Assembly: GCF_035084215.1 (NCBI RefSeq)
Contig: NC_090332.1
Coordinates: forward strand, 80,910,001 to 80,974,000
Direction of reading: 5' to 3'
DNA: 64,000 nucleotides
DNA from: Heptranchias perlo
Taxonomy: Eukaryota
The position numbers and the translations under genes are program-made. The notes beneath the pieces are model-generated. The model was not told where the DNA came from. It saw only the letters and a program-made list of their open reading frames with translations, and did not search any database. Shown here one piece after another: positions 24,739 through 38,193 of this stretch (positions are counted from its first letter, which is position 1; each line of letters opens with the position of its first letter).

Positions 24739-26493
24739 GGGCTCTAAATTGGGCCGTGTAGTGCCCATTGTGTAGGCGCTACGCAGATTCCTAAGGACCA
24801 AAATGGCGTCAGGATTCTAGCGTGACGAGCGCCAGATGCCATATTGGTAAAGGCGTTCACACACGCGCAGATAACGAGCGTCGGCAGCATGTAAAGTAAG
24901 GAGACTATGTGGGAGATCAGTGTGCAATGCTGATTTAAAGGGACAATGCGATTTTGGAACTCAATGCTCCAGCCAACGCAGTGTCTTAACCTCGCACAGC
25001 TGAACAGGTCTTAAACAGCATGGAAGACCCCCACCCCCACCCCATCAGCGCTATTTAAAGGGATCGAGCAGGAGTTACAGGTTAGTTGCTGGATTATTGC
25101 TTCTGGCTGATGGTGCATTTGTACCTGTTTTTGAAGGTCTCCTATACTTGAATACTAGGACTAGGGACATAGACTAAAAATTAGAGCCAGGACTTGCAGG
25201 AGTGAAGTTAGGAAATGCTTCCACACGCAAAGGATGGTAGAAGTTTGGCGCTATTCCGCAAACAGTAATCAATGCTAGTTCAATTGTTAATTTTAAATCT
25301 AAGATTGATAGATTTTTGTTATTAAGGGATATGGAATTAGGTCACAGACCAACCAGCAATGCTGGCATCCTGAGAGAGGACAGCAGGTTCATGTTCTATG
25401 AGTGGCCTCCTGTTATGCACCACTTTCTCCTGCAAGAAAGCGGGACGTGTGTCAGTGAGTGTCCTGCAAAATGGTTGGGTGATGTGGCGGTCATGATTGA
25501 ATAGGTGCCAGTGTGTACGACCTGTGAGTTGTGGGTGTGCAGCTTGCAACTGTGGTAATGTGTGAGGGTGAGAGGAAGCATCTGATTGGAAGAGTTGAGT
25601 ACTGATTGAAAGAGTTTGTTGGTATGTGGGTGATGGGAGGTGTAGTGTGTGGAGCAGTGGATGTGGCTAGTGGTGCAGTTGGTAGGAGATGCCACTTGAC
25701 AGTTGACCTCACTCACCTTGACCTCTTGCGTCAAATCATTGAACTTCTTCCTGCACTGCATCCAAGTTTGTGGTGCTATGCGCCTGGCATTGACTTTGTC
25801 CCCTACTGCCTCCCACTACCTCGGGAGCATATGTCCGGAGGGCCTCTTGCCCCCCTGCGGATATAGGATGCCCCTCCTTTTGTCCACCTCTTGCACCAAG
25901 GCCTCTAGTGCATCATCAGAGAACCTTGGTGCATGTGCATTCTCACAGGCCCGGTACAAACTCAGATTGGCAGATTGGTGGGGTCTGGTATGCAGATTGG
26001 AGGATGTGGGATTTAGTAGTGCGCAACCTTTATTAACATAACTCAACAGTTTGTAAACATAGGGGCGGGACCTGCATCTGTGTTTTACATGTACGATGTC
26101 TGATCTCAGATCAGACTCTTATATTTTTTTGCAAATATCAGAGTCCCGTTGAGCAAAGGTCGAGTAGCCCAGTTGTTGCTCATTAAAAACTCCAGAGTTC
26201 CCATCATCACCATGCTTCACTATATTGCAGCACAGATTCACTTGCCAATTGACTTCCACCACCTCCTGCAGCCACACTGCACCTCCCCTTTAAGAGGTAC
26301 AGGCTGCCTTTAAATGGTGCTAGCCACTCACGATATTGGGGCCTCCCGCTGTTGGTGCTGGCTGGACGCAGCAATCAAGTAAATCACCGGGCAGCACAAA
26401 TGTTACGTGCTGCCTGCATCTCAACGACCGGGCATGGGTTAATCGCTCACCATGACCCCCGCGCCAGGTTTCGGGGGTTATCCAATATAACTC
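24739..26493 (-). mobile_element. Harbinger/PIF deletion derivative with a spliced Myb/SANT-like ORF1 remnant
   Basis: APRFSDDALEALVQEV...QCRKKFNDL ends at donor AAG|GTGAGT (25717/25716); acceptor TTTCTTGCAG|EKVVHNRR at 25429; TIR-like ends. Confidence 0.8.
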
Positions 26494-27367
26494 GGCACTC
26501 CTCTTCCTGTAATGTAATGAGGTTCACTTTTAGTGACCTTATGAATGGAAGGTGCTACACAGCCCAGCAGTACCGATATGTGATGTTACAGCAGTGGGCG
26601 GTCTCTGCTACCTCTCGAGGAGGTGGGGGGGGGGGATATTAACTCTAACCTAGCAGAAACTGGGAGGGGGTTGAGCAGTTAAAATGCCCCCTGTTACTTA
26701 CCTGCTGGAAAGTTGCCCAGATCCCACCAGAGTGCTCCTCTGGGCCCTACAAGGAAAGTTTAGGCCTCCCCTGCCCCGGACTGCTCCTCCTTCCCCAACA
26801 CAAGACTCCGTGGAACCTCGTTCCATACACTTATCTTAGAGCCGGCAGGATTTTCTGGAGCATGGCAGCTGCTCCCTGCCCACTTCCCTCCCGGAACAGG
26901 AAAGAAGCAGAACGTAATGAGGAAACAGGCTCAGCACTATAACATCTGGGTCTCCTGTGGAAAGGTAAGGCATGATCTCCGATGATGTGAATTTGACGTT
27001 TTGTGGAGCTTGGTGGGGGACTGCACTGCTTAAGAATATAATCTGCCGTACACAATAGGAAAGTAGAAGTGATTTTAAACAATTGGCGATAAACTGGAAC
27101 TGATCATTACTTGTTGACCGTGGTAAGGGGAGGAACAATCAAGGAAGCAAAGTGGGAATATTAAGAGACAACAAATGGAAGATGGTGGAAATTTTGTGAA
27201 GCACTGGAGGTAGACCTATGAGGGTAGGCTGTACATGGTCCAGGGAAAGACCAAGCTCAATGGGAGGATTGGCTTTTCTTCGTTCTATGCTTTCTTTAAT
27301 CTTGTATGTGTCCAGATTTTAGCAATTTGCCATGCATCGATGCTCCGTAGCGATCTAGTGGAGACTA

Positions 27368-28542
27368 GGGGCATGAGTTTAGCCTGGCAAAATGGGTGGG
27401 TTGGGGCGGGGGCGGGCATTAAAAATTGCAACAATTCCAAACCCGACCCCAACTTGCCCATTTCCGGTTTTCACGGAGGCGGGATGAGGGATGGGCAACC
27501 GACCTGCTCTCAGGAGGGCGGGTTGGTCACTAAAACCTTTCAAGGAGGCTACAGGCCTCCATTTTTTCAGGTTTTGTGATTTTAGCCTCTGGGGGCCGGG
27601 ATTCCCGGGTCTTCTCCTTCACGCCACATGAGAGGAGGCGAGAAGGCCCGAAGCTGCAGGTAAGTGCCTTTATAGCATTGCTTGTGGGCCCGGAGGAGCA
27701 GGAGTGCGTCCCCTAGGCCCAACAATCCTACCTGCAGTGACCCCCCACCCCCACAACAATCGCTGACGCTGCCCCAATGATCGCATCTCCCCCAATGATC
27801 GCAACCCCCAACAACGATCGCGACCTCCCCCAACGATTGTGACCCCCGCGATGACCCCCGTTCCCAACCCCCCCCCTCGGTGACTGACTGCTGATCCTCC
27901 TCCTGATGACCCCCGATCCCCCTCCCGATGATTCCCGATCCCCTCGACCCCCCCGATAACTGACCTCCCCAATGACTGAACCCCCCCTGATAACTGACCC
28001 GCCCCCGATGATGACCCCCCCCGATGACTGACCCCCCCGATGACTGACCTCCCCGATGATTGACTGCCCCCAATGACTGACCTCACCCAATGATTGACCC
28101 CACCCTGATGATTGACACCCGATGACTGATCCCCCCAATGACTAACTCCCCCCCCGGTGACCCCTATGCCCGCTGATGCCCCCATGCCCTCTAATGCCCC
28201 ATGCCCCCATAACCTCCAATGCCCCCATGCCTGCCAATGCCCCCTGATGCCCCCAATGCCCACCAATGTCCTCATGCCCCCCCATGCACCCTCCCAACAC
28301 CCCCCATCCCCCCCATCCATCCAATCTAAGACTTACCTGAACACTTACCTCTTCCTTGCTCTGCTCCTGTCCGACTGAGACCAGCCTGTCAATCAGGCAG
28401 GCCTGTCAGATGGGAAACCATCAAATAAAAGACGTCCTTACTTCAAAAATTGTAAGGACATCGGGAAACCAGTACTTTCGGGTTTCCCATCCGCAATTCG
28501 ATCCCCTCGCCCCCTTCCCAGTTCCGGGCTAAAATTACCCCC
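27368..28542. mobile_element. Harbinger-type MITE with internal minisatellite (family A, copy 1)
   Basis: Co-linear with 38194-39077 and 57247-58014; ends ...AAAATTACCCCC. Confidence 0.8.
27775..28320. repeat. C-rich minisatellite: ~15-18 bp units with (G/A)ATGACTGAC core, then CCC(C/A)ATGC units
   Basis: Tandem CCCCGATGACTGAC variants are directly visible. Confidence 0.85.
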
Positions 28543-30064
28543 ATATATTGGTTTTCAATGGCATTCTAGCGTGTACATTTCAAGGAGAGAGAGATAGGGA
28601 TCTGAGCTATGATGCTTTCCCGTCTCCTTCCAGTTTATTGGTGTGCACGGGATGAGGGGCCAAAGGCGGGATCTGGTCTCTTGTATCATTTGGGAAGTAT
28701 GCAACTGTATATGTTGGCTGGCATCCTTCCCCTCAACCCCGCCCGAAATCATCAGGACCGCTGCTGGCCTTTACTCCCCCAGCCACCTCACGTAAATGGC
28801 GGCAGGGAACGGGGTCCAGGACCCCATAAAATTCCCTCCCGTCCACCCATGTTACCGCCACCTCCCACGGGCAAGGTGGTGGCAGGTCCTGGGAAGTGGC
28901 AGTAATGGTCCCCAGGTATCTCTATGGAGGGAGAGGGCTTTGCGTTAGCCTCCTCTTCCTCGATTCTGGCCCCACTTACTTTCTTATATCTCTTCCGAGG
29001 CCTACCAGCATACCAGTCTTTCGATATTCGGGGCATTCCTGCCCCTTTAACTGTCCAGTTGCCTCTTTGTACGCTGCAGCAGTGGTCCCATTGCATCACC
29101 GCTGGGACTACATGCCAGGAAATGGCGGGCTCCCTCTTCAAGACAGGAATCCCGCCAGGAACCTGCCATGCATGAGTGATAGTAATGAAGGGATGGGCGG
29201 ACACCGCTACTGTGAGGATAATCTCGGCTCTTATCTCTGGTAGTATATTGTGACGAATTTATCTTCGTTCCCTAGAAGTTTAGGAGAAACCAATTGCTAG
29301 CTGAAAGGATTGAGGTTCACCCTACAGTTTTATGAATAAGTGAATTTTAGGATCTCTGGAACCAAATCCCAGATTAAATTTGGATCTGTACCCCTAGACG
29401 TTGTAAGCTAAAATGCATTTTGTTTTTCTTCTCTTACTGATGTCAACTTGTCATCACTCACAGAAGTCTTTCTCATTATCAATAACTTTTCTCCTGTGTC
29501 CCATTCTGACCACTCTCATGCTCCATCATACCATGCTCTGACCTTCCAGTGCTATTTAAATGCTTCTCCCTTGTTGACATTTTTAATGATATATCATTCT
29601 AAGCTTGCAGTGTTTCCAGAGGGCTTTGGTTTCCTGTTCAGTTTAACCCATTCCTGCTGCTGCACTGCATGTCCCTGCTTTGAACTGTCGGTATGCTTTA
29701 TGACACTTCATTTTATGTACTCACTTCGGTCCCTGCTGTCTGCTGACTTAACTCATGTTCTCTGTTACCATGTCCTTTTTGTGGCAGAACCCCAAGCCCA
29801 GCTGTCAATCATTGATCAACTGATTGATTTTGATGCCCTTTCCTTGACCTCACTAATTTTCCTGCTACATTCATGTTATGTGCACCATGTATCATCCATT
29901 TAACACTTCCTGCTTGTTCCACTGTCAAACATAGCTATTCAAATCAGTTCCATGCTGCCCTTAGGTTAGAATTCAGTTCTCCCAGCTGTCAATCAATACA
30001 CCACCATTTTTGACCCTACTTTGAGGTTCTAATCTGACAATTTCCAGCCCTGTGGAGAGTCTGC

Positions 30065-30380
30065 CAAACTGATGAGATGCTAAACCGAGGCCCTGTCTGC
30101 CCTCTCAGGTAGAAGCAAAAGATCCCATGGCACTATTTGAAGAAGAGTAAGGGATTTTCCCCTGGAGTCCTGGCTAATTTTATCCCTCAACAAACATCAC
30201 TAAAACAGATGATTTGGTCATTATCTCATTACTGTTTGTGGGATCTTGCTGTGCGCAAATTGGCTGCCGCTTTTCCCTACAACAGTGACTACACTTCAAA
30301 AGTACTTCATTGGGTGTAAAGTTCTGTGGGACATCCTGAAGCCATGAAAGGCGCTATATAAATGCAAGTCTTTCTTTATT
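30065..30380 (+). mobile_element. Deu-domain SINE fragment
   Basis: GATGAGATGCTAAACCGAGGCCC...GATCCCATGGCACTATT...TATATAAATGCAAGT. Confidence 0.75.
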
Positions 30381-30774
30381 TAAGCTATGAATTCTACACA
30401 AACTTAATGCCTACCCTTCCTCACAATGAACTTCCCTGGCTTTAAATGTTTGAATTCTAATTTCCTTTATAATTCAAACCTTTTAAGCCCTTTAACAGTA
30501 GTTAATTTTTATTCTGTCCACTAGTGGGATCTCCCATGACATTCCCCATAGAAAAGCATATTTCGCTAAGAGTACTTTAGAGTTTCTGTAAGTGTGGGTT
30601 TGGAAGACCTACAGTTTCTGGAACTTATGAAGTTCCATCTAGTATTAGATGTGTGCAGCTGCAGGCCTGACAGTTTGTCGCAGAATAATGATGCCCAAAT
30701 AAGGAGCGTGAGACATACATAGCAATATTTAATATATTGATATATATGGCAATCAAGGTTACACATGACATAAT

Positions 30775-31503
30775 GGGCCTGATCTTGCAGGAGTGGGGCA
30801 TCTCGTGGCGTGCCCCATTAGCTAGACTTTTTTCTGTACCCTTCAGCTCGAAAAATCTTTGCGCCTTAACTTGCTGGAAGTGTGAGCTGATAATGGTGTG
30901 TCGAGGGCAATGGGACATCTGGGACCTTAGTGTACCATGGGAACAACAGTCCATCTCCTTAAACAATGAGATTTAAGGAATGAGAAAGAAACAAAGACAG
31001 AGAAGAAGGGTGAATTAGAGTCAAATCAGGTACAGAAAGAGAAATAAAGAGAGGGAAAGAAAGATTGGATTAAGAGAGAGAGAAAAAGGAGACAGAAAGG
31101 AAAAGTAATAAAAAAAATTTATAAATAAAAATTTGACAAATTTTAAATTTCTAACAACAATTGACCACATGCAGATATGAGATTGAACCATTTAAATTGT
31201 TCCCTTTCTGGTCCAGAGAGGTTGATTGGAATTGCATTAACAATTATCACATTGTTAAAAAGGTACTTACACTCTTAAGTTCCAGCCCTAACTTTCTGAG
31301 GCGAATTTAATGGGCAATTAATGTGCAAATTCAGCAAGTTCTTAAAAATAATGGAGAGGCTAAGGGAGAGATGTTTATGTGAAGCAAACAGCAGAGCAAC
31401 TCACAATGTACCTCTCAATCCCCTGAACTTGCTGGCCGATTTGCACATTAATAATGGCGTGTGTCGTTAAACACACCGTTGTTTTTCCAGCAAGATCCAG
31501 CCT
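30775..31503. mobile_element. Harbinger-type MITE
   Basis: TIR GGGCCTGATCTTGCAGGA / TCCAGCAAGATCCAGCCT; 3-bp TSD AAT. Confidence 0.75.
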
Positions 31504-31564
31504 AATGTCTACAAATCTTGTTTGGAATCTAGGAAATGAGCAACCTTACTTTTCATTTTAAACC

Positions 31565-32209
31565 GGGGGGCGGATTTTAACCTCCAGTGCGTTTCAGGCA
31601 GGCAGGCGAGTGTAAATCACGCTTGCAAGCTTAAGTTTGAGGCCTGGGGTATTTAACTCCCTTGTCTCATCTGCATGCCACTGGTCAGTTGCCCGCCCAA
31701 GTTGGACGTAAAGGGGAAGATGGCCATTTCGGCAAGAGAAGAAGTTCGGGAGGCTGGAGGTCGCTGGCCAGAATCAAAGGGACAGATCGCCAGCAAATAG
31801 GAGGGGGTTTCAGGAGGGTCTCACGGGAGGGTAGGGGGAAGTCCAGGGCAGGGTTGGCCACGACTTTCCTTGTGGGGTCCTAAGGAGCATTCATAAAGAC
31901 TTGGAGGGCCACTTCATCCTTCCCAATAGCTGCCTACCTGCATTCACCTGGCGGGAAAGCCATGGCAGTTTCACCACTCAGGCCTGGATTAAAATCGAAT
32001 TGGGGTCCCATAGTTGTAATAGGGCCCCAATTTGCATTAATTCACGAGGCTCCTGCCTGTTTTCGACAGGCACCTCAATCACCTAACTGCAGTACGCAGC
32101 TACAGTGGTGGCCAGTGCGATTCCAATGGGAATGGGGCGGGAAGATACTAAGCTCATTTTAAAGGTCCCTCTGCCCCTGCAGGGTGGAGTGGGTTAAAAT
32201 CGCCTCCCT
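31565..32209. mobile_element. Harbinger-type MITE
   Basis: GGGGGGGCGGATTTTAACC...GGTTAAAATCGCCTCCC inverted ends. Confidence 0.65.
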
Positions 32210-32339
32210 GGTGTCATACCACATTTTCATAGGGAACAAATCCTTCAGATTTCCAGAAATCACCTCATTCTAGTGTGGTGTCGGTATAGGACTGGGTCAG
32301 TGGGATGGATTTTGGACCAAAAAAGGATCAATCCTAATA

Positions 32340-33605
32340 TTTTTTGAATAGCTAGGAACAGTGGAGGTCCAAAGAGATTTAGGGGTCCATGTACACAAAT
32401 CACTAAAATGCGGTAGTCAGGTACAAAAAAATAATCAAAAAGGGTAATGGAATGTTAGCCTTTATAACTAGAGGGCTAGAATATAACATAGAAAACATAG
32501 AAAATAGGAGCAGGAGTAGGCCATTCAGCCCTTCAAGCCTGCTCCACCATTCAATATGATCATGGCTGATCCTTTATCTCAATACCATATTCCCGCGCTC
32601 TCCCCATACCTTTGATGCCTTTTGTGTCTAGAAATCTATCTAGCTCCTTCTTAAATATATTCAGTGACTTGGCCTCCACAGCCTTCTGTGGTAGAGAATT
32701 CCACAGGTTCACCACCCTCTGAGTGAAGAAATTTCTCCTCATCTCAGTCCTAAATGTCCTACCCCGTATCTTGAGACTGTGACCCCTCGTTCTGAACCCC
32801 CCAGCCAGGGGAAACATCCTCCCTGCATCCAGTCTGTCTAGCCCTGTCAGAATTTTATATGTTTCAATGAGATTCCCTCTCATTCTTCTAAGATGTGGAG
32901 ATGCCAGTGATGGACTGGGGTGGACAAATGTAAGGAATCTTACAACACCAGGTTGTTAAAACTGTTGGACTATAACCTGGTGTTGTAAGATTCCTTACAT
33001 TCATCCTTCTAAGGGGAGGAAGTTTTGCTACAGCTATACAAAGCCCTGGATAGACCACATCTGGAGTACTGTATGCAGTTCTGGGAACTGCACCTTAGAA
33101 AGGATATATTGGCCTTGGAAAGAGTGTAGCGCTGATTCACCAGAATGTACCAGGGCTCCAAGGGTTAAATTATGAGGCGAGAGTACATAAACTAGGCTAT
33201 TATTCCCTGGAATATAGAAGTTTAAGGGGTGATTTGATTGAGGCTTTTAGGATTTTGAAAGGAATTGATAGGTTAGATAGAGAGAAACGTTTTCCGCTGG
33301 TGGTGAAGTCTAGGATGAGGGGACATAACCTTAAAATCAGAACCAGGTCATTCAGGTGAGAAGTTAGGAAACACTTCTTCACACAAGGGTAGAAGTGTGG
33401 AAATCTCACCCACAAAAAGCAGTAGATGCTAGCTCAATTAATAATTTTAAATCTGAGATCAATAGATTTTTGCTAGCCAAGGGTATTAAGGGATATGGAG
33501 CCAAAGTGGGTGAATGGAGTTAGGATACAGGTCAGCCATGATCTCACTGAATGGTGGAAATGGCTCGAGAGGCTGAATGGCCTACTCCTGTTCCTATGTT
33601 CCTAA
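32340..33605 (+). mobile_element. CR1 3' fragment containing an antisense CR1 3' end (32487-32891) and a Penelope micro-insertion
   Basis: Plus strand QRDLGVHVH...RPHLEYCMQFW; minus strand RGNLIETYKILTGLDRLD...WNSLPQ. Confidence 0.85.
32892..33001. mobile_element. Penelope micro-insertion with inverted arms
   Basis: Flanked by CATTCTTCTAA / CATCCTTCTAA; mirror-image organisation of 17698-17817. Confidence 0.8.
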
Positions 33606-33697
33606 TACTGAGAGACCAGCACTTCTCTGAATACTGGAGTGCTCATTATAAAGGATAAAATGGTCATTCAAATTAGCTTGTACTTCCTAAAGTGCTT

Positions 33698-35880
33698 AGA
33701 ATCATAGAAATCATAGAATCCTAGAAAATTTATGGCACAGAAGGAGGCCATTCGGCCCATCATGTCCGCACCGGCCGAAAATGAGCCACCAGGCCTAATC
33801 CCACTTTCCAGCACTTGGTCCGTAGCCTTGTAGGTCACGGCACTTCAGGTGCACATCCAGGCACCTTTTAAATGAGTTGAGGGTTTCTGCCTCTACCACC
33901 TTTTCAGGCAGTGAGTTCCAGACCCCTACCACCCCTACCTGGGTGAAACATTTTTCCTCAGCTCCCCTCTAATCCTTCTACCAATCACTTAAAATTTATG
34001 CCCCCTGATTATTGACCTCTCTGCTAAGGGAAATAGGTCCTTCCTATCCACTCTACCTAGGCCCCTCATAATTTTGTACACCTCAATTAAATCTCCCCTC
34101 AGCCTCCTCTGTTCCAAAGAAAACAACCCCAGCCTATCCGATCTTTCCTCATAGCTAAAATTCTCCAGTCCTGGCAACATCCTCGTAAATCTCCTTTGTA
34201 TCCTCTCGAGTGCAATCACATCCTTCCTGTAATGTGGTGACCAGAACTGTACACAGTACTTAAGCTGTGGCCTAACCAATGTTTTATACAGATCCAGCAT
34301 AACCTCCCTGCTCTTATATTCTATGCCTCAGCTAATAAAGGAAAATATTCCATATGCCTTCTTAACCACCTTATCTACCTGTCCTGCTACCTTCAGGGAT
34401 CTGTGGGCATGCACTCCAAGGTCCATCTCTTCCTCTACACCTTTCAGTATCCTCCCATTTATTGTCTACTCCCTTGCCTTGTTTGCCCTCCCCAAATGCA
34501 TTATCTCACACTTCTCCGATTGAATTCCATTTGCCACTTTTCAGCCCACCTGACCAGTCCATTGATATCTTCCTGCAGTCTACAGCTTTCCTCCTCACTA
34601 TCAACCACACAGCCAATTTTTGTATCATCTGCAAACTTCTTAATCATGACCCCTACATTTAAGTCTAAATCATTAATATATACCACAAAAAGCAAGGGAC
34701 CTAGTACTGAGCCCTGCAGAACCCCACTGGAAAAAGCCTTCCAGTCACAAAAACACCGTCAACCATTACCCTTTGCTTCCTGCCACTGAGCCAATTTTGG
34801 ATCCAACTTGCCACTTTCCCTTGGATCCCATGGGCTTGTACTTTTTGACCAGTCTGCCATGTGGGACCTTGTCAAAAGACTTGCTAAAATCCATGTACAT
34901 TACATCAAATGCACTACCCTCATCGACCCTCCTTGTTACCTGCTCAAAAAATTCAATCAAGTTAGTCAGACACGACCCTCCCTTAACAAATCCATGTTGA
35001 CTGTCCTTGATTACTCCGTGCCTTTCTAAGTGACGCTTTATCCTGTCCCTCAGAATTGATTCCAATAATTTGCCCATCACCTAGGTTAGGCTGACTGGCC
35101 CGTAATTACTCGGTCTATCCCTCGCTCCCTTTTTAAACAATGGTACAATGTTGGCAGTCCTCCAATCCTCCGACACCACACCTGTATTCAGTGAGGATTG
35201 GAAAATAATGGTCAAAGCCTCCGTTATTTCCTCCCTTGCTTTTTTTTAACAGCCTGTGATACATTTATCTACTTTCAAAGATGCTAATCTCCTTAATACC
35301 TCCTCTCTCATTAAGTTTATCCCATCCAATATTTCACACTCCTCCTCCTTAACTACAATGTCTGCGTCGTCCCTCTCTTTTGTGAAGCCAGACACAAAGT
35401 ATTCATTAAGAACCATACCCACATCTTCCGCCTCCACACATAGGTTAACTTTTTGGTCTCTAATAGGCCCTACTCTTTCCTTTGTTATCCTGTTGGTCTT
35501 AATGTATTTATAAAACATCTTTGGGTTATCCTTGATTTTACTTGCCAATATTTTTTCATGCCCTCTCTTTGCTTTCCTAATTTCCTTTTTAATTTCACCC
35601 CTGCAATTTTTATTCCCCTCTCGGCTTTCTGTAGTATTGAGTTCTCGGTGTCTGACATAAGCTTTCCTTTTCTGCCTTATCTTACCCAGTATGTTCCTTG
35701 GCAACCAGGGGGCTCTAGATTTGGTAGCCCCACCCTTTTTCTTTGTGGGAACATGTTTACTCCGCACCCCTTGAATCTTATCCTTGAATGCCTCCCACTG
35801 CTCTGACATTGATTTTCCTTCAAGTAGCTGTTTCCAGTCCACTTTTACTAAATCACTTCTTAGCTTAGTAAAATTGCTTA
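33698..35880 (-). mobile_element. CR1 LINE, 5'-truncated (RT + 3' UTR), disrupted
   Basis: DSQHGFVKGGSCLTNLIEFFE, YINDLD...FADDTK, LYKTLVRPQLKYCVQFWSP; (TTCTATGA)n tail. Confidence 0.95.
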
Positions 35881-38193
35881 GCCATTAGTTTGGTCCAGGA
35901 AAACAATTAACGGATGTGGATACCATCTTGAGCGGAGGCAGGGGTGAAGCGAGTATATGTTCTTGAACTAAATAAATGGCCATGTTAATTCAAGGCAACA
36001 CAATGTAATTCTATGTAATTGCAAGACTGTGTGCTACTTGTATCACTTCAGAGCAATAAACTGGACTTCCCCTGTAATCCCTGTTAATTAACAATTTGTT
36101 GACCCACAAAGCATCATGAACAGCAGCTGCATATTAATTAGCACTAGCAAGGCTCCAAATGAATGTTAAAAATTGTATTCTGTAAAATGCCACTTCCACA
36201 GATTAGTTCTGCACAAAAACACTGCTTCTTAATTACATCCATCTGCGTGAGTTCCTATTTATAAATTTACATAAGCTTTATGAATAGGGCCCGAGAGGAT
36301 AAAGATTAGTAGGTCTTTAGGGACAGCGATGTGCTTGATTTATACTGTCAGCTACACATGTATGTGACCATATCCTATTTTATAAATCCCGTTGTCCCTT
36401 TCTATCCAAATAGGAATTCCAATCAAGTTACATACATGAGCTCCTTTCCAAGACATTATGATAAACAGGGTGAGTTGGACTATCCATACCAAAATAGGAA
36501 ATTTAACTGTTAGAAAGAGGATTCTGCACCAGGAAAGGATATTGAAAAGAGTGAACAATGAACCAATATTTATGACTGTTTTAATTTTTTTGACTTCAGC
36601 AGAATTCCATAAGTAACCAGTGAGGTCAGAAATCCAGATTGCAACTGGATTTAAAAGAAGATCAGTAGTGTTGTTTTGTAAAACAGTTATTGTTATGCTT
36701 AACAATAGTCCCCAATTTAAATTGCTGGCAGGTAACTTTTAAAAATTGAACAAGCAAAGAATGCCTTATTAAAATTAACATTTCCAAGGATACGGCTGCT
36801 TTTATTGTCAAATCTAGGGTGGCTCTCCATTTCCAATAGAGCATGATTAATCTCACAGCTTTTGAACTATGCTGTCAGTCCATGATTCACTTTAATAAAA
36901 TGAATATATTCTTCTAGAAAAAATATATTTTAAAAAATTCAACTGAAGGAAGTACCAGTATATCATTATTGATTGACTGACAGTGTTCACCTTTGTAATG
37001 AGCACTCCAGTATTCATAGATATCCTGCTCTCTCAACATTAACCGTGTTTTTTGAATTATCTGTTCATAGGAAAATAGGAATTATTGGTCGGAAAAAGAC
37101 CACGGTCCATCTGGTTCGCCTGCTACCATCCTGGTAGTTGCATCATGCAATGATACAATCTCAGTAGCCCCGGCACACAATGAAGACACTCAAAGGAGGC
37201 GGACCCTTCTATGGAAGCATCATCATGTGCTGCATCACTTCCAATCACCAGAGACTGGCACCCCAGCTGGGTTAGACAGTGAGTAAGAGGGGTCTCTGTA
37301 TGGCACCCAGCACTAGTGATCAGCAGCAGGTACTGGTGGCAGGGATGGCTTACGAGACAGCTCGCTGGAGGGGAAGGTCCTCTCCCAGCTCTGCTGAGGA
37401 AGACAGAGATGAGGACTTCAGGGACCCAGCAATGAGAAGACGGCCACTTGCCTCGCACTAGCACTTATACCAGGTATTGGAAGGCATGCTAATGAGTTTC
37501 ACCACCATGGCTGAGGGTGTGGAGGAGTCTGCTTCCAGCCTGTGTGGTGTCATCTCCCAAGGCATCACTACCCTGCAGTCTACCTTGGTGAGTGTGACCA
37601 TCTCCAGGGATGCTGCATCTGGATCCTTACAATAGGAATCAATGGTCTCAGTCTTTGCAGCTTTGATGGAAGTTCAAATGGCTGCCATACAGACTCTGGG
37701 CTCAAAACTGTGCTCTATGTTGGAAAGGCAGATGTCCACCTTGGAGAGGCAGATGTCCACCTTAGAGAGATTGCTAGAGCGAGAGCGAGTGGATAGGGGC
37801 TTTGAATGCAGCACTCATCTTCTGCAGTCTGCTCTCCCTCAGATCACTGGAAGTGCTGAGCACCAGCCCCATGGGAATGGTAACGGTTCAGCGGGAGGGG
37901 CACGAGTTGTCCTCTCTTAGGTGTCAGCACACCTGCTTCCTCGCCACCCTCTCAACCAATACCAGCCACGGTGTCAGAATGCCAGCTGGGCCAGACTGCC
38001 CTGGCAGCAGCCGAAATCTGCAGTCTGCAGCCATGCACTCAGAGGTTCGAGCTCCCAGAAACTATTGGCCACAAGGATCGCAAGGGTCTGCTCATGACTA
38101 ACAGCAGCCTTCCACCAGCTCTGCTGAAGCCACTGGGCAAGTATCTCATAGGAGTAACAGGGTTAGTAAACCTTCTTTTAAGGAAAACACTAT

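Noticed and set aside
27775-28160. CRISPR-like repeat array
   Set aside because: Tandem degenerate units without unique spacers, in a eukaryotic context with no cas genes.
27582-28324. Gly-rich ORFs of 136-216 aa on the minus strand
   Set aside because: They read through the MITE minisatellite; several frames are open simply because of low complexity.
29448-29903. 151-aa hydrophobic ORF
   Set aside because: T/C-rich composition explains both the hydrophobicity and the lack of stops; no family motif.
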